NCBI GenBank assembly: GCA_963770895.1
Contig: CAVYRF010000002.1
Coordinates: 1,504,001 to 1,568,000, forward strand
DNA: 64,000 nt
Direction of reading: 5' to 3'
Source: an uncultured Acidobacteriota bacterium
GTDB lineage: Bacteria; Acidobacteriota; Thermoanaerobaculia; Multivoradales; UBA5704
Below, piece by piece: positions 29,043-38,973 of this stretch. A program made the translations under genes and the position numbers. How positions within the stretch are numbered: the first letter of the stretch is position 1; each line of letters begins with the position of its first letter. The notes below the pieces were generated by a model. That model saw nothing but the letters and a program-made list of their open reading frames with translations. It searched no databases and was not told the origin of the DNA.

Positions 29043-29351
29043 CTAGTCGAGGTCGAACGGACGCCGTGGCGGCCCCTGGTCGGGTTCCTCTTCGGCCCGC
29101 CGCATGGCCTCGCGGAACTTCTCTTCCAGCAGGCGGTCGCGGTCCTTCAGCGCCGCGACCTCCCGTTGAAAGACGTCTTCCGCCCGCGCCTTGTCCTGGT
29201 CCAGCCCCTGCAGCAGGGAGTCGAGATCCTTGCCCCCCGCCGGCGGCTGCTTGGGCCGGCGATGCGACAGCACTTCGCCGGTCGCGGCGTCCACCACCAG
29301 CTCGGAGCCGCATTCGGGGCAGCGCGCGGTCAGCTTGTGCGTCTCGCTCAC
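29043..29351 (-). CDS. Small CxxC-containing coiled-coil hypothetical protein
   Basis: GTG start; ARCPECGSELVVDAATGEVL then helical region ending RRPFDLD. Confidence 0.75.
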   Translation of the reverse strand: MSETHKLTARCPECGSELVVDAATGEVLSHRRPKQPPAGGKDLDSLLQGLDQDKARAEDVFQREVAALKDRDRLLEEKFREAMRRAEEEPDQGPPRRPFDLD

Positions 29352-29539
29352 GTCCGCATTGTAGCTCGGTTCGCCGCCTGGTACCTGCGCGCCGGCCGGC
29401 GCGCCCCAGGGGCGCCCGCGAGATTCGGCGCCGCCAACCGTGGCGGTCGCTCCTCCCCGGCCGGCCGGCACAGCCCGATCTGGCGCTGTCGCAGGTCGAG
29501 GCATCGAAGCTCGCGGGCACCCGGAGGCTCACCCGGCGA

Positions 29540-29698
29540 TCAGCAGATGCACTGCGGCCTTGCCAGGCCGGTTTCGGTTGGGGTGCATTTCAGCGAGACA
29601 CCGCCCGCGGCTTCCTTCAGGTTTGCGCTCTCCAGCGCCTTGAGGGTTTCCCGGTGCAGGGTCAGAGGCGTGCTGCGCTTGATGCCCTTCTTTTGCAT
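29540..29698 (-). CDS. Putative RiPP (lanthipeptide-like) precursor, 52 aa; absent from the ORF track
   Basis: RBS CAGGAG; MQKKGIKRSTPLTLHRETLKALESANLKEAAGG|VSLKCTPTETGLARPQCIC: LxLxRETL leader, GG site, Ser/Thr/Cys core. Confidence 0.75.
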   Translation of the reverse strand: MQKKGIKRSTPLTLHRETLKALESANLKEAAGGVSLKCTPTETGLARPQCIC

Positions 29699-29747
29699 TG
29701 CGGTCTCCTGTGCCTGAGTTGGAGCCGTCCTTTATCAGGCGGCCCTC

Positions 29748-32213
29748 TCAACGAGGTGTGGGCAAGCCTTGAGAACGATCCGCCCCCAGCTGACCGCGCC
29801 CGCGACCGCGGCTGGTGGACAGCGGGGCAGGCACCCACAGCGCAATTCCGGCGGCGATCGCCAGGGCGGCGATCAGCAGGCCGGCAACGAAGCCGCGCGG
29901 GCGGTAGAGCAAGTCCAGACGATGGGCGCCGGGCGGCAGCGGCGCGCTCAGCAGGCGGCCGGCAGCGGGCGCCGGGGCCGCCCGGCGATCGATCAACAGC
30001 CGCCAGCCACCATCCTGATAAACGCTGGTGACAAGGGTTGCCGCCTGGTCGCGCGGCCGCACGCGCGCCGCGATCTCCTGCTCGTCGCGGTGCCTCAGGT
30101 CCAGGCCGCCCTGCCGCCACTCGCCCGCGTCGCGCGCATCAGCAGTGGCGGCGGCGGTGAGATACAGGCGCGGAGCGACCTCGGGCTGGCGGTAGATCCA
30201 GCCGGCTGGCCGGGCGAAGACCAGCTGCCAGGGGGCCGGCAGGCGGATGCCCGGCGCGGTCAGCAGGTAGCGGACGCCGAGACGGCGGTACAGCGGGTCG
30301 CCGGGCGAGCCCAGCTGCGGCAGCTCGCCCCACCAACCCGCGGTGATCGGCGCCAGCAGCCCCAGATAGGGCGCGGGGGCCATCGGGTTGTAGACGCGGG
30401 CGTCGTCCAGCTCGAAGAGCGATGCCAGGTTGGGCGGCAGCGCCCGGCCCAGGGCGGCGATGCGTTCGCCGCTGCTGGCGGCCAGGTCGGTGAGGACGGC
30501 GAGCGGCGGCGGCGGCAACGCCAGGCGCAGCGGCATCGCGGGGTTGGCCGGAGCATGGGCGAGCAGCAGCTCGGCGGCCACGGCCGCCGCCAGGCCTGCC
30601 GCCACCAGCCCGCGCCAGCCGCGACGCCGCGCGATCAGGCCGGCCGGCAGCGCCAGCAGCAATGTTGCCCCGGCCAGGAAGCGCGCCTGCCAGCGCAGCC
30701 AGCCGAAGCGCAGGACCGCCAGGCGTGCCGGATCGCCCGGCGCGGGATGGGCAAGGTAGCCCCAGGCCAGCACACCCGCCAGGGCAGCAGCCGCCACCAG
30801 CACCGATAGCCGGTCCAGCTCCCCGCGGCGGTGACGCTCCAGCCCGCAGGCGCCCAGGTAGGCCACACAGAACGCCACCACCATCAGGCACCGGCCGCTG
30901 CCCGCGAGCGCCGGAGCCGCCGCCAGCAGCATCCGGTGCACCGGCGCCGGGTCGGCCAGCAGCAGCAGGCACAGCGGCACGGCCGCCGTCGCCACGGCTT
31001 CGCCGGGCAGCCATCGCCGCCGTCCCGCCCCCGGCAGCGCCGCCGCCAGGGCGGCCAGCAGCATCACCGTCCCGGCGAACCCCGCCGCGTCCTCGTTGGT
31101 GTTGCGCAGCCCCCAATAGCCAAAGTAGCGGCTGTTGCCGTACGCGTTGGGCGCCACGATCGGCAGCCAGCGCATCGCCAGCCCGCCACCCGCGGCGACC
31201 TGCCCACCAGAACAACAGTCACCACCCGCACCGGCCCCTTCGCCGGAAGCGCTCGCCAGCGACTGCGTCCGGGCGGCCGGCGCCGGGTGGGCCAGGCGCT
31301 CGGCGCGCAGGGTTTGCGGCAGGTAGTCGACCGCCGGCAGCAGCGCCGGCGCGGCCAGGCCCGCCGCCACCGCCGCCGCGGCGCCATAGCGCCCCAGCAG
31401 GCGCCGCCGCAGGCCGGGCGGGCAGCGCCACAGCGCTTCGCACGCGAAGGCACCGGCCAGCAGGCAGGCATAGAGGATGGTTTCGGGGTGCCCCGCCAGC
31501 AGCAGCGCGGCCAGGCTGCCGGCGAGCAGCAGGGCATCGCGGCCGCCGGCTTCCGGCGCCGCCACCCGCACCAGGGCGTAGAGGACGGCCGGCAGCAGCG
31601 CCGCGGCGCTGGCGAGCGGCCAGCCCACCCACAGGACGACGAATCCGCACAACCCGAAGGCGAGGGCGCCGGCCAGCGCCGGGCCGACGGCCAGCCCCTG
31701 GCGGCGCAACAGCAGATAGGTGAAGACCAGGGCCAGGTAGACCCGCAGCGCCGCCATCACCGCGGCCCCGCGCAGGGGCGGCAGCGGCAACGCCGCCAGC
31801 GCCAGCGGCGCCAGGGCCTGCGCCTGGGGATCGGCCAGCAGCGGCATGCCGGCGCCCACCCGCGCGTTCCACAGCGGCCAGCGGCCGGCGGCGAGGCGGC
31901 GGCGCGCCGCGGCCAGCGACGGCACCACCAGCTCGATCAGGTCGCCCTGCAGGGGGTTTCCCGGCACCGCCGCCGCCGGCAGCTGGCGAAACGGCACCGA
32001 CCCGCGCAGGTCGTCGAGCGGCAGCAGCACCTTGCCGCCGAACAGCGCCCCGCCGAACAGCAGGCAGACGACCGCGCCCGCCACCGCCAGGACGCGCCTG
32101 GGCAGCGGGTCGTACCACCGGCCCAGGGCCGCCGCCAAGCCCAGGGCCAGCGCCGTCGCGTACAGACCCGGCAGGAGATCCAGCGGACTCCAGTCAGGCG
32201 CGCCGGCGGTCAT
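29748..32213 (-). CDS. YfhO-like polytopic membrane protein (GT-C-type glycosyltransferase-like)
   Basis: GRWPLWNARVGAGMPLLADPQ, LLAGHPE, C-terminal GWRLLID...GAHRLDLLYRP; ATG 32213 overlaps the upstream stop. Confidence 0.75.
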   Translation of the reverse strand: MTAGAPDWSPLDLLPGLYATALALGLAAALGRWYDPLPRRVLAVAGAVVCLLFGGALFGGKVLLPLDDLRGSVPFRQLPAAAVPGNPLQGDLIELVVPSLAAARRRLAAGRWPLWNARVGAGMPLLADPQAQALAPLALAALPLPPLRGAAVMAALRVYLALVFTYLLLRRQGLAVGPALAGALAFGLCGFVVLWVGWPLASAAALLPAVLYALVRVAAPEAGGRDALLLAGSLAALLLAGHPETILYACLLAGAFACEALWRCPPGLRRRLLGRYGAAAAVAAGLAAPALLPAVDYLPQTLRAERLAHPAPAARTQSLASASGEGAGAGGDCCSGGQVAAGGGLAMRWLPIVAPNAYGNSRYFGYWGLRNTNEDAAGFAGTVMLLAALAAALPGAGRRRWLPGEAVATAAVPLCLLLLADPAPVHRMLLAAAPALAGSGRCLMVVAFCVAYLGACGLERHRRGELDRLSVLVAAAALAGVLAWGYLAHPAPGDPARLAVLRFGWLRWQARFLAGATLLLALPAGLIARRRGWRGLVAAGLAAAVAAELLLAHAPANPAMPLRLALPPPPLAVLTDLAASSGERIAALGRALPPNLASLFELDDARVYNPMAPAPYLGLLAPITAGWWGELPQLGSPGDPLYRRLGVRYLLTAPGIRLPAPWQLVFARPAGWIYRQPEVAPRLYLTAAATADARDAGEWRQGGLDLRHRDEQEIAARVRPRDQAATLVTSVYQDGGWRLLIDRRAAPAPAAGRLLSAPLPPGAHRLDLLYRPRGFVAGLLIAALAIAAGIALWVPAPLSTSRGRGRGQLGADRSQGLPTPR

Positions 32214-33229
32214 GTCCTGCCGATTTGTCGTTTCTCGATGTAGCGGCCCAGGCGTTGCGATGGGGTTTGCGATTCGTCGTGGCGGGTCAGAAACTGGATG
32301 ATCTGGTCGGGATCGTCGGTGACCAGCACGCGCTGTGCAAAGTCGTCGGGCTTGAACAGCGCCTGCAGGACCGCCACCGCCGGAATCCGCCGCGTCCAGT
32401 AGTCGACGCCGTAAAACGTCATGGGGCTGAAGTTGCCGAAGACCCGGTAGAAGTTCTGGTTGGCGTCCTGGAAGATCTCCTGCAGGGTGCCGGCACCCCC
32501 CTCGGAGTAGATGACGCCGTGCGTGGCGACCGCCAGCAGGCCGTCTTCGCGGATGCTGTTCTGGAAGTATTTGGCGATGTGGGTGGCCAGCAGGGTGGTG
32601 GGCTCGTGGCCGTAGAGCCAGGTGGGGATCGCGACACTTTCGCCGGGATTCTTGACCCGCATCATGATGCGGGCGGCCGGCAGCGTCCAGGCGTGCGCCG
32701 CCACCACCAGCGCGCCGTCGACGGCGCCGCTCGGGTCGATGACGTTTTGCAGGTTGTCCGGCAGCAGCGGCTGCGTCGCCAGAAGGGCGATGGCCTGGTC
32801 CAGGTCCTGCGGGCTGCCGTGCCGCAGCAGCGCCCCCAGGTGCGTCGCCTCCATCGCCCCGGGACCGCCACCCGAAAGCAGGGTGAAGCCGCGCCGCGCC
32901 AGCTGGTAGGCCAGCCGCGCGATCTTCTGGTATGCCGCCGAGCCGCGCGCCAGCTCGTGCCCGCCCATGATCCCCACCGCCTTGGCCGACGACTCGGCCA
33001 GGTATTCGTGCGTCGCCAGGGTGATCGAATTGTCGTGCAGCGCCTGCATCATCGCGGTGAAGTAGTCGTCCGGCTGCGACCTGCCGGCCGCGATGTACTG
33101 CCGATAGATGCGGAAATCCATCATCTCGGCATAGCTGGCCGGCCGCGCCGGATCGAACCCCGCCGCCAGCTCCTCCGGCGAATACAGCGTTTCGCGCAGC
33201 GGCCGGAAGGCGAACGGGAACTTCGGCAT
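32210..33229 (-). CDS. LOG/SLOG family nucleotide-binding protein
   Basis: GIMGGH, SGGGPGAMEA, PTWLYGHEP, KYFQNSIREDGLL, EGGAGTLQEIFQ (PGGxGTxxE-like). Confidence 0.85.
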   Translation of the reverse strand: MPKFPFAFRPLRETLYSPEELAAGFDPARPASYAEMMDFRIYRQYIAAGRSQPDDYFTAMMQALHDNSITLATHEYLAESSAKAVGIMGGHELARGSAAYQKIARLAYQLARRGFTLLSGGGPGAMEATHLGALLRHGSPQDLDQAIALLATQPLLPDNLQNVIDPSGAVDGALVVAAHAWTLPAARIMMRVKNPGESVAIPTWLYGHEPTTLLATHIAKYFQNSIREDGLLAVATHGVIYSEGGAGTLQEIFQDANQNFYRVFGNFSPMTFYGVDYWTRRIPAVAVLQALFKPDDFAQRVLVTDDPDQIIQFLTRHDESQTPSQRLGRYIEKRQIGRT

Positions 33230-33271
33230 GGCGGACAAATATCACGTTTCACCGCCCCGCAAGAGCGGCGC

Positions 33272-33300
33272 TTGACACCCGGTCGGGGGTGGTGCAAAGT
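33272..33300 (+). promoter_or_regulatory. Possible sigma70 promoter for wzm
   Basis: TTGACA-N17-CAAAGT ending 8 nt before the ATG at 33309 (near-leaderless). Confidence 0.35.
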
Positions 33301-33308
33301 CGCGCCGG

Positions 33309-34112
33309 ATGCTCCGGGTGGCGCGCCAGATCTTTCGTTTTAGGGGGTTGCTGGCGACGCTGACGGCGCGTGAGCTGAAGGCTCGCTACCGCGGTTCGGT
33401 CCTGGGGTTTCTCTGGTCGCTGGCCAATCCGCTGCTGCTGCTGGGGATCTACACTTTCGTGTTCGACGTGATCTTCCGGCCGCGCGTCGAAGGGATCTCT
33501 CCGTACGCGCTGTTCGTGGTGTGCGGGCTGTTTCCCTGGATCTGGCTCTCCGCTTCGACGCTGGAAGGCTCAATGTCGCTGGTCGCCAATTCGGGGCTGA
33601 TCCGCAAGGCGGTCTTTCCGGCGGAGCTGCTGCCGATGGTGGCGGTGCTCGCCAACGCCGTGCACCTGCTGCTGGCGATGCCGGTGCTGGTGGCGGGGCT
33701 GGTGACGGCGCGGCTGCTCAATCACTCGGTGGGCGGCGTGTCGGGGTTTCTGCTGCCGGCGGTGCTGCTGCTGCAAATTCCGATGATCGCCGGGCTGGCG
33801 GTGGGGGCGTCGGCGCTGACCGTCTACTTCAAGGACGTGCGGGACCTGCTGGCCAACCTGCTCAACCTGCTGTTCTTCGTCACCCCGATCCTCTATTCGC
33901 TGCAGTCGCTGGCCGGGCGGCCCGTGCTGTACTGGCTGGTGCGCCTCAATCCGTTCACCCCGTTCACCGCGGCCTACCAGCAGATCCTGTTTTTCGGCCG
34001 GCTGCCGGCGCTCTCGCTGTGGCTGCAGATGGCCGCCGTCAGCCTGGTCGCGTGGGCGCTCGGCGCCGGGATCTTCGAACGCCTGCGCGAGAACCTGGTC
34101 GAGACCGCATGA
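33309..34112 (+). CDS. wzm: ABC-2 polysaccharide export permease Wzm/TagG-like
   Basis: RELKARYRGSVLGFLWSLANPL, LIRKAVFPAE, FFVTPILY, LNP. Confidence 0.92.
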   Translation: MLRVARQIFRFRGLLATLTARELKARYRGSVLGFLWSLANPLLLLGIYTFVFDVIFRPRVEGISPYALFVVCGLFPWIWLSASTLEGSMSLVANSGLIRKAVFPAELLPMVAVLANAVHLLLAMPVLVAGLVTARLLNHSVGGVSGFLLPAVLLLQIPMIAGLAVGASALTVYFKDVRDLLANLLNLLFFVTPILYSLQSLAGRPVLYWLVRLNPFTPFTAAYQQILFFGRLPALSLWLQMAAVSLVAWALGAGIFERLRENLVETA

Positions 34113-35599
34113 GCCGCCCGGATTCCGCTCCGGCGACGGCGCCCGGCGGCGACACGGCGGCGCCGCCGGTCATCCAGGTCCAGGACGTCGGCAAACGCTT
34201 CCGGCGGTCGCTGCCGGGCGACCGGCTGCGCACGCTCAAGAGCGCCCTGGTCGGCGGCCTGCGGACGCGCGACCTGCCGCCCGAAGACACCATCCCGGCG
34301 CTCTCCGGCGTCACCTTCAGCGTCGCGCGCGGCGAATCGTTCGGGTTGATCGGCGGCAACGGCTCGGGCAAGTCGACGCTGCTCAAGCTGGTGGCGGGCA
34401 TGCTGCGGCCGACCACCGGGCAGGTGGTGGTGGACGGGCGGGTGGCGGCCCTGATCGAGCTGGGGGCCGGGTTCCATCCCGAGATCTCGGGCCGGGAAAA
34501 CGTCTACATCAACGGCGCCGTGCTCGGCCTGTCGCGGCGTGAGATCGACCGCCGCTATGCCGACATCGTGGAGTTCTCGGGGTTGGGCGGCTTCATGGAG
34601 GAGCCGGTCAAAAACTATTCGTCGGGGATGTACGTGCGGCTGGGGTTCGCCGTCGCCATCCACACCGACCCCGACGTGCTGCTGGTGGACGAGGTGCTGG
34701 CGGTGGGCGACGAGGCGTTCGCCCACCGCTGCGTGCGCCGCATCGAAGAGTTCCTGGCGGCCGGCAGGACGCTGCTGCTGGTCAGCCACTCGCTCGACCT
34801 GGTGGCGGAGCTGTGCGATCGCGTGCTGTGGCTCGACCGCGGCGACCAGCGGCTGGTCGGCGAGCCGCGGCGCGTGGTGGACGCCTACCGCCAGGCGGTG
34901 GCCGAGCAGGAGGGCGCCGAGCACCTGGCGGCGGCCAACCGCCAGCGCGCGGCGCTCGCGGCCGGCGGCACCGCCGCGGACGCCGACAACCCCGCAAATC
35001 CTGCGCACCCCGCGCACCCTCCAAACATCGCGAACGTTGCAGGCGCCACCGCCGGCGGCGGCAGGGGCGGCCGCACCGGCGCCGGCGATGCCGCCGCCGA
35101 AGCGGACCGCTGGGGCTCGCGCGCCGCCGAGCTGACCGGCATCCGTCTGCTGGGAGCCGACGGCGCCGAGCGCTACCTGCTGGCGTCCGGCGAGCCGGCG
35201 GTGTTCGAGCTGCGCGCCCGCGCCCTGGCGCCGCTGGACGACTTCGTGTTCGGCATCGCCATCCGCACGCCGCGCGGCTTCGAATGCTGGGGCACCAACA
35301 CCGACCTGGCGGGCTACCTGCCCGGCCGCCTGAGCGGCGAGGTGGTGGTGCGGGTGACCTGCCCGGCGCTGCGCCTGGCTCCCGGCGAATACACCCTGGA
35401 CGCGGCGGTGCACGCGCGCGACGGCGCTCCCTACGACTACCACCGCCGGGCGCTCGGCTTCACCGTCACCGCCAGGGCCGGCGGCATCGGCGTCTACTTC
35501 CCCGAGCACCGCTGGGACTTTGCCGGCGACGTCGCCTGGGAAGCGGCCCCCGAAGCCGCGGGCGCGGCCGCCGACACCTCACCCGCCTCACCCGCCTGA
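34109..35599 (+). CDS. wzt: ABC polysaccharide export ATPase Wzt with Wzt-C domain
   Basis: GGNGSGKST, ELGAGFHPEISGREN, YSSGMYVRLGF, VDEVLAVGD; C-terminal carbohydrate-binding-like domain; ATGA overlap with wzm. Confidence 0.92.
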   Translation: MSRPDSAPATAPGGDTAAPPVIQVQDVGKRFRRSLPGDRLRTLKSALVGGLRTRDLPPEDTIPALSGVTFSVARGESFGLIGGNGSGKSTLLKLVAGMLRPTTGQVVVDGRVAALIELGAGFHPEISGRENVYINGAVLGLSRREIDRRYADIVEFSGLGGFMEEPVKNYSSGMYVRLGFAVAIHTDPDVLLVDEVLAVGDEAFAHRCVRRIEEFLAAGRTLLLVSHSLDLVAELCDRVLWLDRGDQRLVGEPRRVVDAYRQAVAEQEGAEHLAAANRQRAALAAGGTAADADNPANPAHPAHPPNIANVAGATAGGGRGGRTGAGDAAAEADRWGSRAAELTGIRLLGADGAERYLLASGEPAVFELRARALAPLDDFVFGIAIRTPRGFECWGTNTDLAGYLPGRLSGEVVVRVTCPALRLAPGEYTLDAAVHARDGAPYDYHRRALGFTVTARAGGIGVYFPEHRWDFAGDVAWEAAPEAAGAAADTSPASPA

Positions 35600-35697
35600 G
35601 CCGGCGGCGCCCCCCACCCCCTGCCCCTCGCCCCGGCGGCCGGACCCTTTGCTGTACGATCGCGCGGCAGGTCCAACGCCGCGCAAGGAGGTTGCCG

Positions 35698-35988
35698 ATG
35701 GCCGAGCCCGCCGAGGGTCAGAACCTGAACGTGAAGATCAGCGACGACGAGCTGCGGGGCCACTACTCGAACCTGCTCCGCATCGCACACACCCGCGAGG
35801 AATTCATCCTGGACTTCATCAACGCGCTGCCGCCCCAGGCCATCGTGTCGGCGCGCATCCTGACCAGCCCCGGACACCTCAAGCGGATCATCCGGGCGCT
35901 GTCCACCAACCTGGAGCGATACGAAGAGACGTTCGGCCCGGTGCGGGAAGCCGCCGAACCGGCCGCCGCCGACGGCAGCGTCCACTGA
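35698..35988 (+). CDS. DUF3467 family protein
   Basis: RBS AAGGAGG; GHYSNLLRIAHTREEFILDF...ARILTSPGHLKR...YEETFG. Confidence 0.85.
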   Translation: MAEPAEGQNLNVKISDDELRGHYSNLLRIAHTREEFILDFINALPPQAIVSARILTSPGHLKRIIRALSTNLERYEETFGPVREAAEPAAADGSVH

Positions 35989-36109
35989 AGATCTGACTGA
36001 AGATTTGAAGACCGCCGCCCTCCCGCGTGCCGCCGCTCGCGCCGCGACACGCCGGGAGGGTCCTGCATCCTGGAACCGCGGCCTGGCGGCTACGGCCCCT
36101 CCTGCACCG

Positions 36110-36586
36110 TCAGCTGACGGCCAGCAGCTCGACTTCAAACACCAGCGTGGCACCCGGCGGGATGACGCCGCCCGCTCCCTGGCGGCCATAGCCCAGCTCC
36201 GCCGGGATGACCAGCTTGCGCTTGCCGCCGACCTTCATGCCCGCGACGCCCTGGTCCCAGCCCTTGATGACCTGGCCGGCGCCGAGCTTGAACTTGAACG
36301 GTTGGTTGCGGTCCAGGCTGGAATCGAACTTGGTGCCGTTTTCGAGCCAGCCGGTGTAGTGCACCTGGACCACGTCGCCAGCCTTGGCTTCGGCGCCGGT
36401 GCCTTCCTTGAGCTCGGTGTACTTCAGTCCGGTTGCGGTGACGATCTCTTTGGGCGCGTTGGCTGCACTGGATGGTTCCATGGGCTTGGGTTCCTGGGCG
36501 ACGAGGACCGCCGCCGAAAGCATGCCCGCGACGGCGAGCGACACCACTCTCGCCAGGAGAGCACGCGCGCTGGGCTTGGGGTTCAT
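36110..36586 (-). CDS. FKBP-type peptidyl-prolyl isomerase with signal peptide
   Basis: [58 protein letters not shown]. Confidence 0.95.
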   Translation of the reverse strand: MNPKPSARALLARVVSLAVAGMLSAAVLVAQEPKPMEPSSAANAPKEIVTATGLKYTELKEGTGAEAKAGDVVQVHYTGWLENGTKFDSSLDRNQPFKFKLGAGQVIKGWDQGVAGMKVGGKRKLVIPAELGYGRQGAGGVIPPGATLVFEVELLAVS

Positions 36587-37872
36587 GGGCCGATCTCCTT
36601 TTCGGTATCGAATCGAGGAGGATTGTACGCCAGGAGCCGGCCGCCTTTGACCACCGCCACAACCGGGTTGATGCCGTAGTGGTAGGCCAGGTGCAGCAGG
36701 TTGGGAGCGTCGAGCAGCGCCAGGTCCGCCCGCTTGCCGACCTCGATCGAGCCGATCTCGCCGCCCAGGCCCAGGCTGCACGCGGCGTTCAGGGTGGCGG
36801 CGGTCAGGCTCTCCTCGATCGACAGGCCCAGCTCGAGGACCGCCAGGACCAGCACCATCGGCATCGATTCGGTGTGCGACGAACCGGGATTGCAGTCGGT
36901 GGCGAGCGCGATCGGCACGCCCGCTTCGACCAGCCGCCGGGCCGGCGCATAGCGATGCTTCATCAGGAAGAAGCTGGTGCCCGGCAGCAGCACCGCGATC
37001 ACCCCGGCGCGCGCCAGGGCGTCGATGCCGGCGGGGGAGACCGCGATCAGGTGGTCCGCCGACAGCGCGCCCAGCTCGCCCGCCAGCTGGGCGCCGCCGG
37101 AGTCGACAAACTCATCGGCGTGCAGACGCGGCGCCAGGCCGTGGCGCACGCCCGCCTGCAGCACCCGGCGCGATTCCGCGGCGTCGAACACCCCATGTTC
37201 GCAGAACACGTCGCAGAAGCGCGCCAGGCCCGCTTCGGCGGCGGCCGGGATGATCTCGCCGCAGATCAGGTCGAGGAAGCGGGTGCGATCGTGGCGCGCT
37301 TCGGGCGGCACCTCGTGCGCCGCGAGCAGGGTCGGCACCAGGTCCACCGGGTGGCCGGCGGCGGCGCGCTGGATGGCGCGCAGCTGCTTGAGCTCGGCGG
37401 CGAGCGACAGCCCATAGCCGCTCTTGGCTTCCGCCGTGGTCGTGCCCCAGCGCAGCATCTGGTCGAGGCGGCGGCGCACCGCGACGACCAGGTCGTCCTC
37501 GCTGGCGCGCCGGGTGGCGGCGACGGTGGAAAGGATGCCGCCGCCGGCGGCGGCGATCTCCTGATAGGTCTTGCCGGCCAGGCGCGCGGCAAACTCCTCT
37601 TCGCGGCTGCCCGCCCAGGGCAGGTGGGTGTGGGGGTCGACAAAGCCCGGCACCAGCGTCCTGCCGCGGCCGTCCACCCGCGCCACGTCGGGCAGTTCTC
37701 CCAGCTGCTCCAGCCGCTCGGCGCGCGAGCCGACAAAGGCGATGCGGCCTTCGCGGCACAGCACCTCGGCATCGCGCAAGCGCAGCACCCGCCCCTGGTC
37801 GGCGCCCCGCCGCGGCACGGTACCGAGCGGCGTGGCAAGCTCCGCCAGGTTTTCGATCAGCAGCGCCGTCAT
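36583..37872 (-). CDS. hutI: Imidazolonepropionase
   Basis: [48 protein letters not shown]. Confidence 0.95.
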   Translation of the reverse strand: MTALLIENLAELATPLGTVPRRGADQGRVLRLRDAEVLCREGRIAFVGSRAERLEQLGELPDVARVDGRGRTLVPGFVDPHTHLPWAGSREEEFAARLAGKTYQEIAAAGGGILSTVAATRRASEDDLVVAVRRRLDQMLRWGTTTAEAKSGYGLSLAAELKQLRAIQRAAAGHPVDLVPTLLAAHEVPPEARHDRTRFLDLICGEIIPAAAEAGLARFCDVFCEHGVFDAAESRRVLQAGVRHGLAPRLHADEFVDSGGAQLAGELGALSADHLIAVSPAGIDALARAGVIAVLLPGTSFFLMKHRYAPARRLVEAGVPIALATDCNPGSSHTESMPMVLVLAVLELGLSIEESLTAATLNAACSLGLGGEIGSIEVGKRADLALLDAPNLLHLAYHYGINPVVAVVKGGRLLAYNPPRFDTEKEIGP

Positions 37873-37889
37873 TCGGTTGCTCCTCGGGG

Positions 37890-38606
37890 TCACTCCTGGA
37901 GGGAGGGGGGGCCGTCCCGCAGGCCGACCTGCGCGGCTCCCAGCTCCTGGACCGCGGCCCGGCGCCAGGCTTCGACGTCCTCCCAGGCGACCGGCACGGC
38001 CAGGCGCGGCATGGCTTCGCCGGCGGTCTCCGAAAGGTCGGCCAGGGCTTTGAGCGCCTGCAGCTGGAAGTCGCGCACGTGCCCGAACTTGGCGGCGGCG
38101 CCCGCCAGCAGCTGGGGCAGCGGCAGCTCGCGGCAGAGCAGGTACAGGTCGACGAAGTCGCGCCGCGAGCCGCGGCTGATGAGCGCTCCGAGCTTCATCA
38201 GGCCGAGGTCGAAAGCCGAGGCGAGCGCCAGGCCGTCGATCTCCTCGACCGGCGCCACCAGCGGATACGGATAGTAGTAAAAACGCACGCCGACGCCGGC
38301 ATCGGTGCCGCCCAGGCGGACGAAGAGGTACCCATCGCGCGCCGTCTCGACGCGCGTCGCGGCATCGAGCGCCAGCAGCGCCTGCAACAGGTCGCGGCGC
38401 TCGGTGCCGGTCAACCGGTTGGTGCCGGTCATCAGGTCCAGCTCGCCGGCGGGGCGGTGCCCCAGGTAGAGCGCCAGACCGCTGCCGCCGGCCAGGTAGA
38501 AGTCCTCCGCCCACGGCGCCGCGGCCAGCCGGCCGGCCAGCGCCTGGGCGCGCGGCGACAGCGCCTCGCGATGGCTGGGTGCCAGAGAAACCGGCGGCGG
38601 GATCAC
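37890..38606 (-). CDS. AbiEii/AbiGii-type nucleotidyltransferase toxin
   Basis: FYLAGGSGLALYLGHR...ELDL, MKLGALISRGSRRDFVDLY. Confidence 0.8.
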   Translation of the reverse strand: MIPPPVSLAPSHREALSPRAQALAGRLAAAPWAEDFYLAGGSGLALYLGHRPAGELDLMTGTNRLTGTERRDLLQALLALDAATRVETARDGYLFVRLGGTDAGVGVRFYYYPYPLVAPVEEIDGLALASAFDLGLMKLGALISRGSRRDFVDLYLLCRELPLPQLLAGAAAKFGHVRDFQLQALKALADLSETAGEAMPRLAVPVAWEDVEAWRRAAVQELGAAQVGLRDGPPSLQE

Positions 38607-38649
38607 GCCGTCGCCCGTCCGCGGTCGAGCGCCCCGCCCGGGCGGGACG

Positions 38650-38961
38650 TCAGAGCGGCCACAGTTCGCGCCGCCGCCCGAGCGCCGCCTGGAGCTCTGG
38701 CGGCGCCGGCGGCAGGTCCAGGACAAGCGTCCAAAAGGCGAGGCTGCGGCGCGACAGGCGCCGGGCCCCGTGCTGCTCGACCCATGCCGCCAGGGATGCC
38801 CGCGGCAGCCGGCGGCAGAGCCAGGCGAGATCCGCGCCGTCGCCGTCTTCCAGCAGCCGCCCGACCACGTGCGGGTCGGGCGCGGCAGGGTCGAAAGGCG
38901 CCGGCACCTCCGCAAACAGGCGCAGCGCCGCGGCGGGCATCTCCATGCCGGACGGCAACAA
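38650..38961 (-). CDS. Putative antitoxin (DUF6922-like) partner of the AbiEii-type toxin
   Basis: VVGRLLEDGDGADLAWL...RRLSRRSLAFW; small gene directly upstream of the NTase. Confidence 0.6.
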   Translation of the reverse strand: MLPSGMEMPAAALRLFAEVPAPFDPAAPDPHVVGRLLEDGDGADLAWLCRRLPRASLAAWVEQHGARRLSRRSLAFWTLVLDLPPAPPELQAALGRRRELWPL

Positions 38962-38973
38962 GCGGGTCAGGGG

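Noticed and set aside
32214-33245. N-terminal extension of the 1165-aa ORF
   Set aside because: Out-of-frame overlap with the LOG gene; the membrane protein starts at 32213.
35985-36012. Short TGAAGA(T) triplication after the DUF3467 stop
   Set aside because: Too short; likely local slippage.
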